Below, in pieces: positions 49,294 through 59,066 of a stretch of DNA of 64,000 bases. A program made the position numbers and the translations under genes. Below the pieces are notes generated by a model that did no database searches, was not told where the DNA came from, and worked only from the letters and a program-made list of their open reading frames with translations. The DNA comes from Spirochaetia bacterium (GTDB taxonomy: Bacteria > Spirochaetota > Spirochaetia > SZUA-6 > Bin103), in assembly GCA_965199955.1 (NCBI GenBank), contig CBDATQ010000002.1:658867-722866 (forward strand), read 5' to 3'. The first letter of the stretch is position 1. Each line of letters opens with the position of its first letter.

Positions 49294-50727
49294 TTGGACT
49301 TCGACTCCTACGATATCGACCAGGCATGTTACGACGAGATGTTTCTGCCCGGCGGCGCGCCGCGCCAGCACTTCCGGGCGCTCCACCAGGAACTGCGCCG
49401 CCTGCCCGTCGAGGAGCTTGCGAGCATCCAGGAAAGGGTGACGCGCTCGTTCTCCACCGAAGGGATTACCTTTACCGTCTACGGTGACGCCGAGGCAGAG
49501 GAGCGGATCATCCCCGTGGACTGCGTGCCGCGGGTGCTCACTGCGGATGAGTGGCGGCACCTGGAGGCGGGCCTCACGCAGCGGCTGAAGGCGCTGAACC
49601 TGTTTCTCGCCGACATCTACGATACCGCCCGCGTCGTGGCCGACGGCGTCGTCCCGTCGGACATGGTGTACGGCTGCCCCCAATTCCGGGCGCAGATGCG
49701 CGGGTTCCGGGCGCCCCACGGGACCTGGGTCGCCATCTGCGGCACCGACCTGGTGCGCACCAACGACGGCTTCCGGGTGCTGGAGGACAACCTCCGCGTG
49801 CCGTCCGGAGTCTCCTACATGATCGCCAACCGCAGGGCCGTCAAGGCGAACTTCCGTCGCCTCTACCGCAGCTCCCGCGTGCGGGAGGTCGAGCACTACG
49901 GGCGCGTGTTGCTGACCACGCTGCGCGAGCTGGCGCCCGCCGGCCGCTCAGATCCCGTGATCGCGCTGCTCACGCCCGGGGTCTACAACTCCGCGTTCTA
50001 CGAGCACATGTTCCTGGCCGGCGAGCTCGGCGCGGAGCTGGTGGAGGGCCGCGACCTGGTGGTGCGCGACGGCTGCGTCTATATGCGCACGACGGACGCC
50101 CTGCGCCGCGTCGACGTGATCTACCGGCGTCTGGACGATGACTTCATCGACCCTCGGGAGTTCCGCGCGGACTCCCTGCTCGGCGTGCCGGGCCTGATGG
50201 ACGCCTGCCGGCGCGGCAACGTGACGCTCGCGAACGCGCCGGGCACCGGCGTCGCGGACGACAAGAGCGTCTACGCGTTCGTGCCCGACATGATCCGCTA
50301 CTACCTCGGCGAAGAGCCGCTGATCGCCAACATCGAGACCTACCTGTGCCGCCGTCCTGAGGACCTGGAGTACGCGCTGGACAACATCGAGCGCCTGGTG
50401 TTCAAGCGGGTGGGGGAGTCGGGCGGCTACGGGATGCTGATCGGCCCGCACGCCACGCCGGGCGAGCGCGACGAGTATGCCCGCCAGGTGCGCGCCGATC
50501 CCGCCGACTTCATCGCCCAGCCGACCCTGGCTCTGTCACGCGCTCCCTGCCTGATCGACGGCCGCTTCGAGCCGCGCCACGTCGACCTGCGCCCGTTCAT
50601 CCTGCACGGCCGCCGCACCCGCATCGTGCCGGGCGCGTTCTGCCGCGTGGCGCTGCGCCGCGGCAGCCTCGTGGTGAACTCCAGCCAGGGCGGCGGCGGC
50701 AAGGACCTCTGGGTGCTCGGGGACTGA
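49294..50727 (+). CDS. Circularly permuted type 2 ATP-grasp protein
   Basis: GITFTVY, VLEDNLRVPSGVSY, RVDVIYRR, NAPGTGVADDK, HVDLRPF, VVNSSQGGGGKDLWV. Confidence 0.93.
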   Translation: MDFDSYDIDQACYDEMFLPGGAPRQHFRALHQELRRLPVEELASIQERVTRSFSTEGITFTVYGDAEAEERIIPVDCVPRVLTADEWRHLEAGLTQRLKALNLFLADIYDTARVVADGVVPSDMVYGCPQFRAQMRGFRAPHGTWVAICGTDLVRTNDGFRVLEDNLRVPSGVSYMIANRRAVKANFRRLYRSSRVREVEHYGRVLLTTLRELAPAGRSDPVIALLTPGVYNSAFYEHMFLAGELGAELVEGRDLVVRDGCVYMRTTDALRRVDVIYRRLDDDFIDPREFRADSLLGVPGLMDACRRGNVTLANAPGTGVADDKSVYAFVPDMIRYYLGEEPLIANIETYLCRRPEDLEYALDNIERLVFKRVGESGGYGMLIGPHATPGERDEYARQVRADPADFIAQPTLALSRAPCLIDGRFEPRHVDLRPFILHGRRTRIVPGAFCRVALRRGSLVVNSSQGGGGKDLWVLGD

Positions 50728-50729
50728 GC

Positions 50730-51707
50730 ATGCTTGCGCGCAGCGCCCAGGGCCTCTACTGGATGAGCCGTTACCTCGAGCGCGCACAGCACCTCTGCCG
50801 CCTGTTGCGGCTGCAGACCGAGGCGCTGGTGGACCGCCCGGTGCGGGAGATCCGCTTCGGCTGGCACCGCATCTACCAGGGCATCGGCCGGCAGCCGCCG
50901 GAGGGCAGCCTGGAAGCGTTCGACAGCGAGGACTACACGCTGGCGGACTCCTACACCCTGGCCGACGACCTCACCTTCGAGCGCCTGCATGCGGACTCCG
51001 TCTGGAGCTGCCTTGCGCTCGGCCGCGAGAACGCCCGCCAGATGCGGCAGTGCATCAGCGCCGAGGTGTGGACGTGTCTCAACCGGACCTACCTGCGCGT
51101 CCGCGACCTGGAGATCCAGAACATCTGGCGCACCTCTCCTGAGAGCTTCTACGCGCGCACCGCGGAGGAGGTCGACACCCTGTCGGGAGTGGCCGCGGCG
51201 ACCATGTACCGCGACACGGGCTGGAGCTTCATCCAGCTCGGGCGCGCCGTCGAGCGAGCGCAGCTCTCCGCCGCCCTGCTGCTGGCGCAGCTCGCCACCG
51301 AGCGCATCAGCGGCGAGCCGGATGACGCCGACTGGACCAGCCTGCTGCGGTGCTGTCACGCCCTGGAGACCTACAACCGCCTCGGCAGCGTCTCGGTCGA
51401 ACCGGCCCGTGTCATGGACCTGCTGGTCACCGACCCGCTGTTGCCCGCATCGCTCCGCAGGGCGCTCGACGACATGGCAACGGCGCTCGTCGCTATCGGC
51501 CCCGGTCCGCCGGTACGTCCCGGCGGGGATGCGCATCACACGGCCGGCCGGCTGACGGCCCTGGTGCACGACGAGTGGCCGCGCCGTGAGGATCGCGAGG
51601 AACTGCTGCGGGACGTGCTTGCGCACTGCCGCACGCTCCACCAACTGGTGAACGCCACCTACTTCGAGTACCCGGTCGAAGAGCTGACGGCCGGCGGCTC
51701 AACGTAG
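50730..51707 (+). CDS. Alpha-E domain protein
   Basis: MLARSAQGLYWMSRYLERA, RENARQMRQCISAEVW, FIQLGRAVERA; directly follows the ATP-grasp gene. Confidence 0.92.
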   Translation: MLARSAQGLYWMSRYLERAQHLCRLLRLQTEALVDRPVREIRFGWHRIYQGIGRQPPEGSLEAFDSEDYTLADSYTLADDLTFERLHADSVWSCLALGRENARQMRQCISAEVWTCLNRTYLRVRDLEIQNIWRTSPESFYARTAEEVDTLSGVAAATMYRDTGWSFIQLGRAVERAQLSAALLLAQLATERISGEPDDADWTSLLRCCHALETYNRLGSVSVEPARVMDLLVTDPLLPASLRRALDDMATALVAIGPGPPVRPGGDAHHTAGRLTALVHDEWPRREDREELLRDVLAHCRTLHQLVNATYFEYPVEELTAGGST

Positions 51708-51776
51708 GTCCCTGAGCCGAGTATGCCTGCGCCGCAACGTCCGAGCGAGAGATACTGCAGCTTTGCACCGGGCGCC

Positions 51777-51920
51777 GTGCACGGCGAGACACGGTATGTG
51801 CTTCCCACTCTGACGAACGATCTGGCTAAGGGTACTCACGCCGTAGAACGCAGCGCTGGGATCGGAGTATTCGACCTCGATCTTCGTGCCATCGACGGTC
51901 AGGAGATAGGAATCGTCGGC
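51777..51920 (-). pseudogene. Fragment of a GH20 N-terminal (domain 2)-like module
   Basis: Own translation: DDSYLLTVDGTKIEVEYSDPSAAFYGVSTLSQIVRQSGKHIPCLAVH. Confidence 0.6.
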
Positions 51921-51929
51921 GAGTGAGGG

Positions 51930-52250
51930 GTTCTTTCCGAAGCCCGATGTTCCACTCCTCGTCGTCCAATCCGTATGACAGGTAACCGGGGCTTATCGGC
52001 ATGATCAGACAGTCTTCGGCCCCCGAGTACCCATCGTTCTGCACACTCTGGACCGTTTCGATCATGCGGTCGTAGAGGTAGGCGTACGCCCCCGCCATGC
52101 CATCTGCGGCCGCCATTTCATCGTTCGGCCACCTCTTCCGACAATCCGGGCAGCGTTGCAGCCATGTTCCGGCGTCAACCCTTCGTCTTCCTGGTGGATG
52201 TAGAGGGCGCCGGGCTCCGCTTCCTGCACGAACGTCCGGATGAGAATGGG
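51930..52250 (-). pseudogene. Fragment of an unidentified protein gene
   Basis: Protein-like text across two frames (EPGALYIHQED; RCPDCRKRWPND..AGAYAYLYDRMIE); no start or stop. Confidence 0.35.
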
Positions 52251-52366
52251 CGAGGGGGACGCTCTGCGACGGAGGGGAGGTAGGCGCCACAGGCGGAGGC
52301 GACGGCGTCGAGCGGGCCGGAGCACTTGCGGAGCGGACACGACGAATCTCGGGAAGCGAGTTCCCC

Positions 52367-52603
52367 TTGGCGTCTGGCTGCGGCGTTCGCGTCCATGGCC
52401 GCTTTCATGCTGCTGAAAACTCTGATCGGCATGAGGATGCCGTCGCTGTTTTGCAGCGATCATCGGAACACGTTCGCACGGATGACACACCTGAATTGCG
52501 CCGAATAGGGGCTGCGTCCGTGGCGAAAAAGGGCGATCTTCTTGCCAAGATGAACCGCGATGAAGAGGCTATCTCCGCAAGGATGAGAGTTGAGGACCGT
52601 TGA
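52367..52603 (+). pseudogene. Orphan TPR-repeat fragment
   Basis: DRHEDAVAV...DDTPELRRIGAASVAKKGDLLAKMNRDEEAISA resembles the repeats of 29422-31845. Confidence 0.5.
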
Positions 52604-52776
52604 GGTGAAACGCTGGATCAACGCGATACCTCCGTGTGCATCGGTGGCAAGAAGTTTCCGGACAAGGAGAGTCGCCGCTTGACTGACGGGGTTATGGCGA
52701 GGTCTGCGCTGGCCGAACGAATGGAGCCCGTGTGGCATGGTGACCCAAGGCGTCCTCGCATGCCACCGTCTGCACC

Positions 52777-53130
52777 ATGCCGTTCATCAGGATCAAGGAC
52801 TACGAATCGATCGAGCTGGTGCCGGGCGTGCGTGCGCGCACGCCCTACGGAAAGCGGATCATGCTCTCCTACCTGGAGATGGAGCCGGGCAGCTTCGTGC
52901 CCATGCACCAGCACCCGCACGAACAGGCGGGCCTGCTCATCGAAGGGCGCATGGAGCTGGTCATCGGCGACGAGTGCCGCATCTGCGAGCCCGGGGACAT
53001 GTTCATCATCCCGCCGGACACCCCGCACAGCGCGCGGCCGATCGACGGGCCGGTGAAGGCGCTCGACGTCTTCAGCCCCGTGCGCGAGGACTACGCGGAG
53101 AAGTTCAACCAGTACTTCGGGCCGGCCTGA
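52777..53130 (+). CDS. Cupin domain protein
   Basis: PMHQHPHEQ, EG..EL, PGD..IIPPDTPHS, DVFSPVREDY. Confidence 0.92.
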   Translation: MPFIRIKDYESIELVPGVRARTPYGKRIMLSYLEMEPGSFVPMHQHPHEQAGLLIEGRMELVIGDECRICEPGDMFIIPPDTPHSARPIDGPVKALDVFSPVREDYAEKFNQYFGPA

Positions 53131-54684
53131 TGGCATCCCGGCCAGCACGGCGGCCAAACATCCTGCTGCTGCTCACCGATCAGCATGCGCCGCTGGTATC
53201 CGGGTTCGCGGGCGACTCGATCGTGCGCACTCAGGCGCTGGACGCGATCGCCGCGGACGCGGTGCAGTTCGACACCGCGCTGTGCGCCAGCCCGGTGTGC
53301 ACTCCGTCGCGCATGTGCCTGATGACCGCCAAGGAGGCGCACCGCTGCGCGGCCTGGAACAACCACTGGGTGATCTTCCCCGAGCACGTCACCTGGCCGG
53401 GCCACTTCGCCACGCACGGCTACCGCACGTGCCTGGTCGGCAAGATGCATTTCGGCGGCGCCGACCAGATGCAGGGGTTCCAGCACCGCCCGTACGGCGA
53501 CCTGCGCCACGGGCTGGGCCACCAGATCGACCCGATCGACTACTTCCCGGTCTACGCCGGGGCTTCGGGCGCAGGCGTCACGGAGATCCCGGAGAGCCTG
53601 CTGCAGGAGAACGTGGTCACGCGCGAGTCGCTGGCCTTCCTGCTGGAGCACCAGGACTCCCAGCCCGATACACCCTGGTTCCTGTGCGCCTCCTACAGCC
53701 GCCCGCACTCGCCGTTCACCGCTCCCGGCCGCTACATCCGGCGCTACCGCGACCGCGTGCCGCCGGCCGAGCTGCCGGCCGACTTCCCGGACGGGCTCGA
53801 CGACTACGCGCGCCGCTGCTTCGCCGACGAGGCGGGGGAAGAGCTGACCGCCGAGCAGCAGCTCCGCGCGCGCGAGGCGTACTACGCGTGCGTGGACTTC
53901 GTGGACGACTGCATCGGCGAGCTGATGCGCGGGCTGGATGCCGCCGGCCTGCTCGACGACACCATCGTCATCTACACCAGCGACCACGGCGAGATGGCCG
54001 GCCACCACGGCCTGTGGGGCAAGACCGTTCACTTCGAGCCTTCGGTGGGCGTGCCGCTGCTCATGTCGGGGCCGGGCATCGCGCCGGGCAGTGTAGGCGT
54101 CGCGCATCCGGCGTCGCTGCTGGACCTGTTCCCGACGACCTGCATGCTGGCCGGCCTGCCGATCCCGCCGGACCTGGACGGCGTGGACCTGAGCCCACTG
54201 CTCGCCGACCCGGCGGGCGGCGCCGCGCCACGGCGCTATGCCCCAAGCGCGTACTACGCCTACGGCAACCGGGTCCGCGGACTGACGGAGTCCAGGGAGC
54301 GCGAGCCGCACCAGGCGATGCGGCTGGTGCGCGACCGCGACTGGAAGTACGTGGAGATCGAGGGCGGCCGGCCGGTGCTGTTCGAACATGCAGGGCGACC
54401 CGGCAGAGACCACCAACCTGGCCGCCGACCCGCGGCATGCCGAGCGTTGCCGCCGGATGCGCGCGGCGCTGTTCGAAGGGTTCAGTTGGGAAGGGGTGCG
54501 CCGGCAGCTCGTGGCCGACAGCGACCGGCTGCCGCAGTACCTGTCCGGCCTCAAGCCGACCCCCAACCAGTACATGCTTGGCGACGGCCGCGTCTTCGAC
54601 GCGGAGGGCGACCTGTACGGCGCCCGCTGGCTGCCCTATCCCGACCTCAAGGGCGGCGGCGTCATCCCGCAGCAGTTCGGCTGA
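53130..54684 (+). CDS. Choline-sulfatase-like sulfatase; one frameshift near 54386
   Basis: PNILLLLTDQH, CTPSR, GKMHF, YTSDHGEM; ttcgaacatg has one extra base, and DPAETTNLA continues in the next frame. Confidence 0.87.
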
Positions 54685-54693
54685 CCGGCCGGC

Positions 54694-56424
54694 CTAGCGA
54701 ATCCCCGGGAACGCGTGTGTAGGCTGATTGGCGTAGCGGTTCATCTTCAGGGTCAGGCGGGCGCCGACGCCCGGCGCCAGGTGCACGGTGATCGCCGGTT
54801 CGTCCAGCGGCGTGGTGTTGCCGTCCACTTCCACCGCCGTGAACTGGTGCTCGGCATAGGCGCCGGCCTGCAGGGCCAACGCGTGGCGGCGTGCGGGGCT
54901 GAGGTTGACCAGCGTGACGGTCACTTCGTCGTCGCTCATCGAGTCGACCAGCGACGCAACGTCCTCCGGGATTCCGGCGCGGCCGCGGTCCAGGTCGAAG
55001 TAACGCACGCGGGTGTGCCATGCGACGCCGATGTGGCGTGAGGGCAGGCCGCCGAGCATCAGCTCCACCAGCCGCCAGATGCAGGCGCCCGGATTCATGG
55101 AATTCATGCTCTCCGACAGCCGAGTGTCCGGGGTGCTCTCGTCCTCCCGCATGCGCTGCACCGCCTCGCGCAGCGCGGCAAGCTCGCCGGCCAGCGCCGC
55201 GACGGGATAGTCCGGGTCGTCTCCCGACAGGTAGCCACCCCACGGGCTGCGCCGTGCCAGCGCGCGGTCGCCTTCCGCCATCGACCAGTAGTACATCTCC
55301 AGGGCCCCGTGGTCGTAGGGCTCCGGCGTGAACTCGTACCAGCCGTCGTCGCCGCGCTTCTGCGGGTACTGCAGCACGCCGTCGATTTCCTTCGCGTGGG
55401 CGCTGACCGCCTGGATGTTACGCCGCCACACGTCCACGTAGCGCTGATCGCCGGAGACCAGCAGGGCATTGCCGAAGCCGTACGGCGCCAGGGAGCGGAA
55501 GTACGCCTTGTGGTCCCAGCCGTACACCGCCCCCCACCAGCGGCCGCCTGCGCCGCCGCCGATGGTGCCGTCCAGACCGACATTGCTGGGGATGATGCCG
55601 CCGTTATCGTCGGCGCGCTCCACCCACGCGTCCGCGTACTCCAGGATCCAGTCGCGGTACTTGGCCTCGCCCGTGCACAGGTACGCGTTCAGCGCCACCA
55701 CGGTGACCGCCAGGTTGCACGGGGTGTCGCCGGTCACGTCCTGGTAGATGGAGAAGTGATCGACGTAATCCTGCCAGGTGCGATGCCAGCGCAGCGGCGT
55801 GAAGCGGCCCTCGCACTCGAAGGGGTCGCCTCCCCAGTCGATGGGGGTGGTGCGGCGCAGCACCGGGCCGCGGCTGCCAGTCATCACGCTACGGATCAGG
55901 CGGTGCTCGGGATCGTAGTTGGCGGCGCCGGGGTCCTCGCCCATGTAGAAGCCGGCGTAGCGGCGCATGCGCGCCTGGTAGGTGGGGTCCCACGGCTCGG
56001 CCAGACCCTGCTGGAACAGGCCGTGGAAGCCCTCGGCGTTGTGCACGAAGTCGAAGCTGGTCGGGAACTCCTTGTAATACATGCCGTCGCGCGCCAGCGG
56101 GCACTCGACGGTGCGCGCCTCGGTGTACTGCCGCATGTGGCCCTCGATGCCCTGGCGGTACAGATCCAGCACCCGCTCCGGTCCGCCGAGCGCGTAGAGC
56201 TCCGTCCAGCCGGTGACGTTCTCCGCCGCGTCGTCGGGGCCGTCCAGCGCACCCCAGCGCGGGTAGCACAGCAGGTAGCCGCGCTCGTCGAAGTACTTTG
56301 CGTAGAACTCCTCGATCGCGTCCGGGAGGGCGGCCATGAGCCGGCGTTCCAGGAGCGCCCAGTGCGGCGCCGGCATCGGCGTGGTCAGTTCCAGGGTGGT
56401 CTCGGGCAACGGGCGTTCATGCAT
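54694..56424 (-). CDS. Conserved-looking hypothetical protein, possibly an alpha/alpha-barrel enzyme
   Basis: About 576 aa with host-like codon usage; WGALDGPDDAAE, YYKEF, HNAEG, GIIPSNVGLDG, WWGAVYGW, QAGAYAEHQF. Confidence 0.7.
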   Translation of the reverse strand: MHERPLPETTLELTTPMPAPHWALLERRLMAALPDAIEEFYAKYFDERGYLLCYPRWGALDGPDDAAENVTGWTELYALGGPERVLDLYRQGIEGHMRQYTEARTVECPLARDGMYYKEFPTSFDFVHNAEGFHGLFQQGLAEPWDPTYQARMRRYAGFYMGEDPGAANYDPEHRLIRSVMTGSRGPVLRRTTPIDWGGDPFECEGRFTPLRWHRTWQDYVDHFSIYQDVTGDTPCNLAVTVVALNAYLCTGEAKYRDWILEYADAWVERADDNGGIIPSNVGLDGTIGGGAGGRWWGAVYGWDHKAYFRSLAPYGFGNALLVSGDQRYVDVWRRNIQAVSAHAKEIDGVLQYPQKRGDDGWYEFTPEPYDHGALEMYYWSMAEGDRALARRSPWGGYLSGDDPDYPVAALAGELAALREAVQRMREDESTPDTRLSESMNSMNPGACIWRLVELMLGGLPSRHIGVAWHTRVRYFDLDRGRAGIPEDVASLVDSMSDDEVTVTLVNLSPARRHALALQAGAYAEHQFTAVEVDGNTTPLDEPAITVHLAPGVGARLTLKMNRYANQPTHAFPGIR

Positions 56425-56512
56425 GGAGTGTTCCTGGCGCGGAGGGTTCCAGCGGGACGGCCGAGTCTTCGACCGAGGTTGCGGCAGTATACTATGAGGA
56501 CACGTGGAATCC

Positions 56513-57790
56513 ATGGATCTGAGACTGAGTCAGGCGGCGTACGCGCGGGCGATCGAGTTGCTGCCCGGCGGCGTCAACAGCCCGGTGCGAGCGTTTCGCC
56601 GCGTCGGCGGCGACCCGATCTTCTTCCGTAGCGGCTCAGGCAGCCGCTGCATCGACCTGGACGGCAACGCATATACCGACTACTGCCTGTCGTGGGGGCC
56701 GCTCATCCACGGCCATGCGTCCCCGACGGTGGTGGAGGCGGTGCGCCGCGCAGCGGCGGACGGGCTGTCGTTTGGTGCCTGTCACGAGCGCGAGCTGGAG
56801 TTGGCCGAGCTGGTGCTGGGCGCGGTGTCCGGGCGGCGGCGGATGCGCGCGGTGAGCTCCGGGACCGAGGCGGTCATGACCGCGGTGCGCATCGCCCGAG
56901 CGGCCACGGGCAGGGAGCTGGTGGTCAAGTTCGACGGCGGTTACCACGGCCATGCGGACGGCATGCTGGTCAAGGCCGGCTCCGGGCTGGCCACGCAGGC
57001 GATCGCCGACTCGGCCGGCGTGCCGAAGGCGGTAGCGGCGACCACGGTGGTGGTGCCGTTCGACGACGACGCGGCGATCAGGGCCGTGTTCGCGGAGTTC
57101 GGCAGCCGGATCGCCGCGGTGGTGATCGAGCCGCTGCCCGCCAACAACGGGCTGCTGGTGCAGCGTCCCGAATATCTTTGCCTGGTGGCGTCGCTGGCGC
57201 GCAGCGCCGGCGCCCTGCTGGTCCTGGACGAGGTGATCTCGGGCTTCCGGCTGCGCTACGGAAGCTACGGCGAGGGGCTCGGCCTGGACGCCGACCTGCT
57301 CACCTTCGGCAAGGTGATCGGCGGCGGCATGCCGCTGGGTGCGGTGGCCGGAGCGCCGGAGTTGATGGACCTGCTAGCCCCGGACGGCGCGGTCTACCAG
57401 GCCGGGACTCTGAGTGGCAATCCGCTGTCGATGGCGGCCGGGATAGCGGCGCTGCAGGCGCTGCGCGACGACCCGCCGTACGAGCGGCTGGAGCGGCTCG
57501 GCGCCGGTCTCGACGCCGCGATCGCCGGTCTCGGCCGCGGCGACGTGCAGATCCGACGGACCGGCTCGATCGCCTGGCTCTACCTTGCGTCGGGAGAGCT
57601 GCCGAGCCGTGCCGACGGCATCGATGCGGCGGCGGTCGAGCGGTACGGCGCGCTGCACCGGCCGCTGCTGGAGCGGGGACACTACCTGCCGCCGTCCGCC
57701 TACGAGGTTCTGTTCCTCTGCACCGCGCACGCAACGGCGCAGATCGAGGCGCTGGCGACCGACCTCGGCGAGTTGCTGCGGGCGGCGTAG
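56513..57790 (+). CDS. hemL: Glutamate-1-semialdehyde 2,1-aminomutase
   Basis: PGGVNSPVRAF, SWGPLIHGH, SGTEAVM, GYHGHAD, DEVISGFR, GKVIGGG, YQAGTLSGNP. Confidence 0.95.
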   Translation: MDLRLSQAAYARAIELLPGGVNSPVRAFRRVGGDPIFFRSGSGSRCIDLDGNAYTDYCLSWGPLIHGHASPTVVEAVRRAAADGLSFGACHERELELAELVLGAVSGRRRMRAVSSGTEAVMTAVRIARAATGRELVVKFDGGYHGHADGMLVKAGSGLATQAIADSAGVPKAVAATTVVVPFDDDAAIRAVFAEFGSRIAAVVIEPLPANNGLLVQRPEYLCLVASLARSAGALLVLDEVISGFRLRYGSYGEGLGLDADLLTFGKVIGGGMPLGAVAGAPELMDLLAPDGAVYQAGTLSGNPLSMAAGIAALQALRDDPPYERLERLGAGLDAAIAGLGRGDVQIRRTGSIAWLYLASGELPSRADGIDAAAVERYGALHRPLLERGHYLPPSAYEVLFLCTAHATAQIEALATDLGELLRAA

Positions 57791-57869
57791 GTCGGTCGGA
57801 CGCAGCCGGCGCCCGGGACGTCCGATGGCCGCCTGCGCCGATCCCGCCGATATTTACTTGGGAGTGAAG

Positions 57870-59063
57870 ATGGATATCGATTCCCGCGACAAGCTGGTGG
57901 CCGACGTCGAGGCGTTCTGCCAGGAGGTTCGTCCGGTCGAGGACCTCTGCTATCTGGAGCACCGCTTCAACGACCAGGCCATCGAGCTTGCGCGCAAGCA
58001 CGAGATCCTGGGGCTCAACGTGCCGGTTGCCTACGGCGGACGGGGCGCCGACGTGCGTACCTACGTCGACGCGCTGGCGCGCATCGGCCGGGAGGGGACG
58101 GGTGTGCGCACGCTGTTCTCCGGCCACTGCTCGATCGGCCAGACCGTGCTGATCGAGTGGGGGAGCGAGGAGCAGAAGCGGCGGGTGCTGCCGGAGACCG
58201 CCGCCGGCCGCGCGATCATGGCGTTCGGCCTGACCGAGCCCGAGGCCGGATCGAACCCGCGGGAGATGCAGATGACCTACCGGCGCGAGGGCGACCGCTT
58301 TCTGCTCAACGGCGTCAAGTACCTGATCTCCAACGGCAGCATCGCCGACCTGATCGTGGTGTTCGCCTACCCGGAGCCCACCGGCGATCCGGCAGCCGAC
58401 AAGGCGCGGCGGTTCAGCGCCTTTCTGGTCACGACCGACCAGGAGGGCATCGAGCGGGAGATGATGACCGCGAAGGTCGGGCTGCCGACCAGCGATACCT
58501 CGATGTTCGAGCTCACCGATTACCCGGTCCCGGTGGAGAACCTGCTGGGAGCGGAAGGACAGGGGCTGACCATCGCCATGCAGACGCTGCGCGCCGGGCG
58601 GCTGAGCGTCGCGGCCGGCTGCCTGGGCGTGATCGAGGACTGCCTGGAAGAGGCGTGCGCGTACGCCAAGGAGCGCTCGCAACACGGCAAGCAGATCGCC
58701 CGCCACCAGTTGGTGCAGGAGCACATCGCCACGATCGAGCTGGCGCGTCAGGCCTCGGAGAGCCTGATCCACACCGCGGCGGACGCCAAGCAGGCCGCCT
58801 ACGAGAACCCCGGGGACGCTGCCGTGATGGCGCGCGTGGACCTGCTGGTGGCGGAGGCCAAGCTGTTCGCCTCCGACGCGGCGTTCCGTGCGGCCGACAG
58901 CGCCATGCAGGTGTTCGGCGGACGCGGCTACTCGGAGCTGTTCCGTCCGGGGCGGCACTGGAAGGACGTGCGCGTGTGCCGGATCTACGAGGGAACGGAC
59001 GAGATCCTCAAGCTCAAGGTGGCGGCCGGCGTGCTCGGCAAGGAGTACGAGGCCTACCGCTGA
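57870..59063 (+). CDS. Acyl-CoA dehydrogenase family protein
   Basis: AFGLTEPEAGS, LNGVKYLISNG, YAKERSQHGK.I, QVFGGRGY, RIYEGTDEI. Confidence 0.94.
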   Translation: MDIDSRDKLVADVEAFCQEVRPVEDLCYLEHRFNDQAIELARKHEILGLNVPVAYGGRGADVRTYVDALARIGREGTGVRTLFSGHCSIGQTVLIEWGSEEQKRRVLPETAAGRAIMAFGLTEPEAGSNPREMQMTYRREGDRFLLNGVKYLISNGSIADLIVVFAYPEPTGDPAADKARRFSAFLVTTDQEGIEREMMTAKVGLPTSDTSMFELTDYPVPVENLLGAEGQGLTIAMQTLRAGRLSVAAGCLGVIEDCLEEACAYAKERSQHGKQIARHQLVQEHIATIELARQASESLIHTAADAKQAAYENPGDAAVMARVDLLVAEAKLFASDAAFRAADSAMQVFGGRGYSELFRPGRHWKDVRVCRIYEGTDEILKLKVAAGVLGKEYEAYR

Positions 59064-59066
59064 GTG

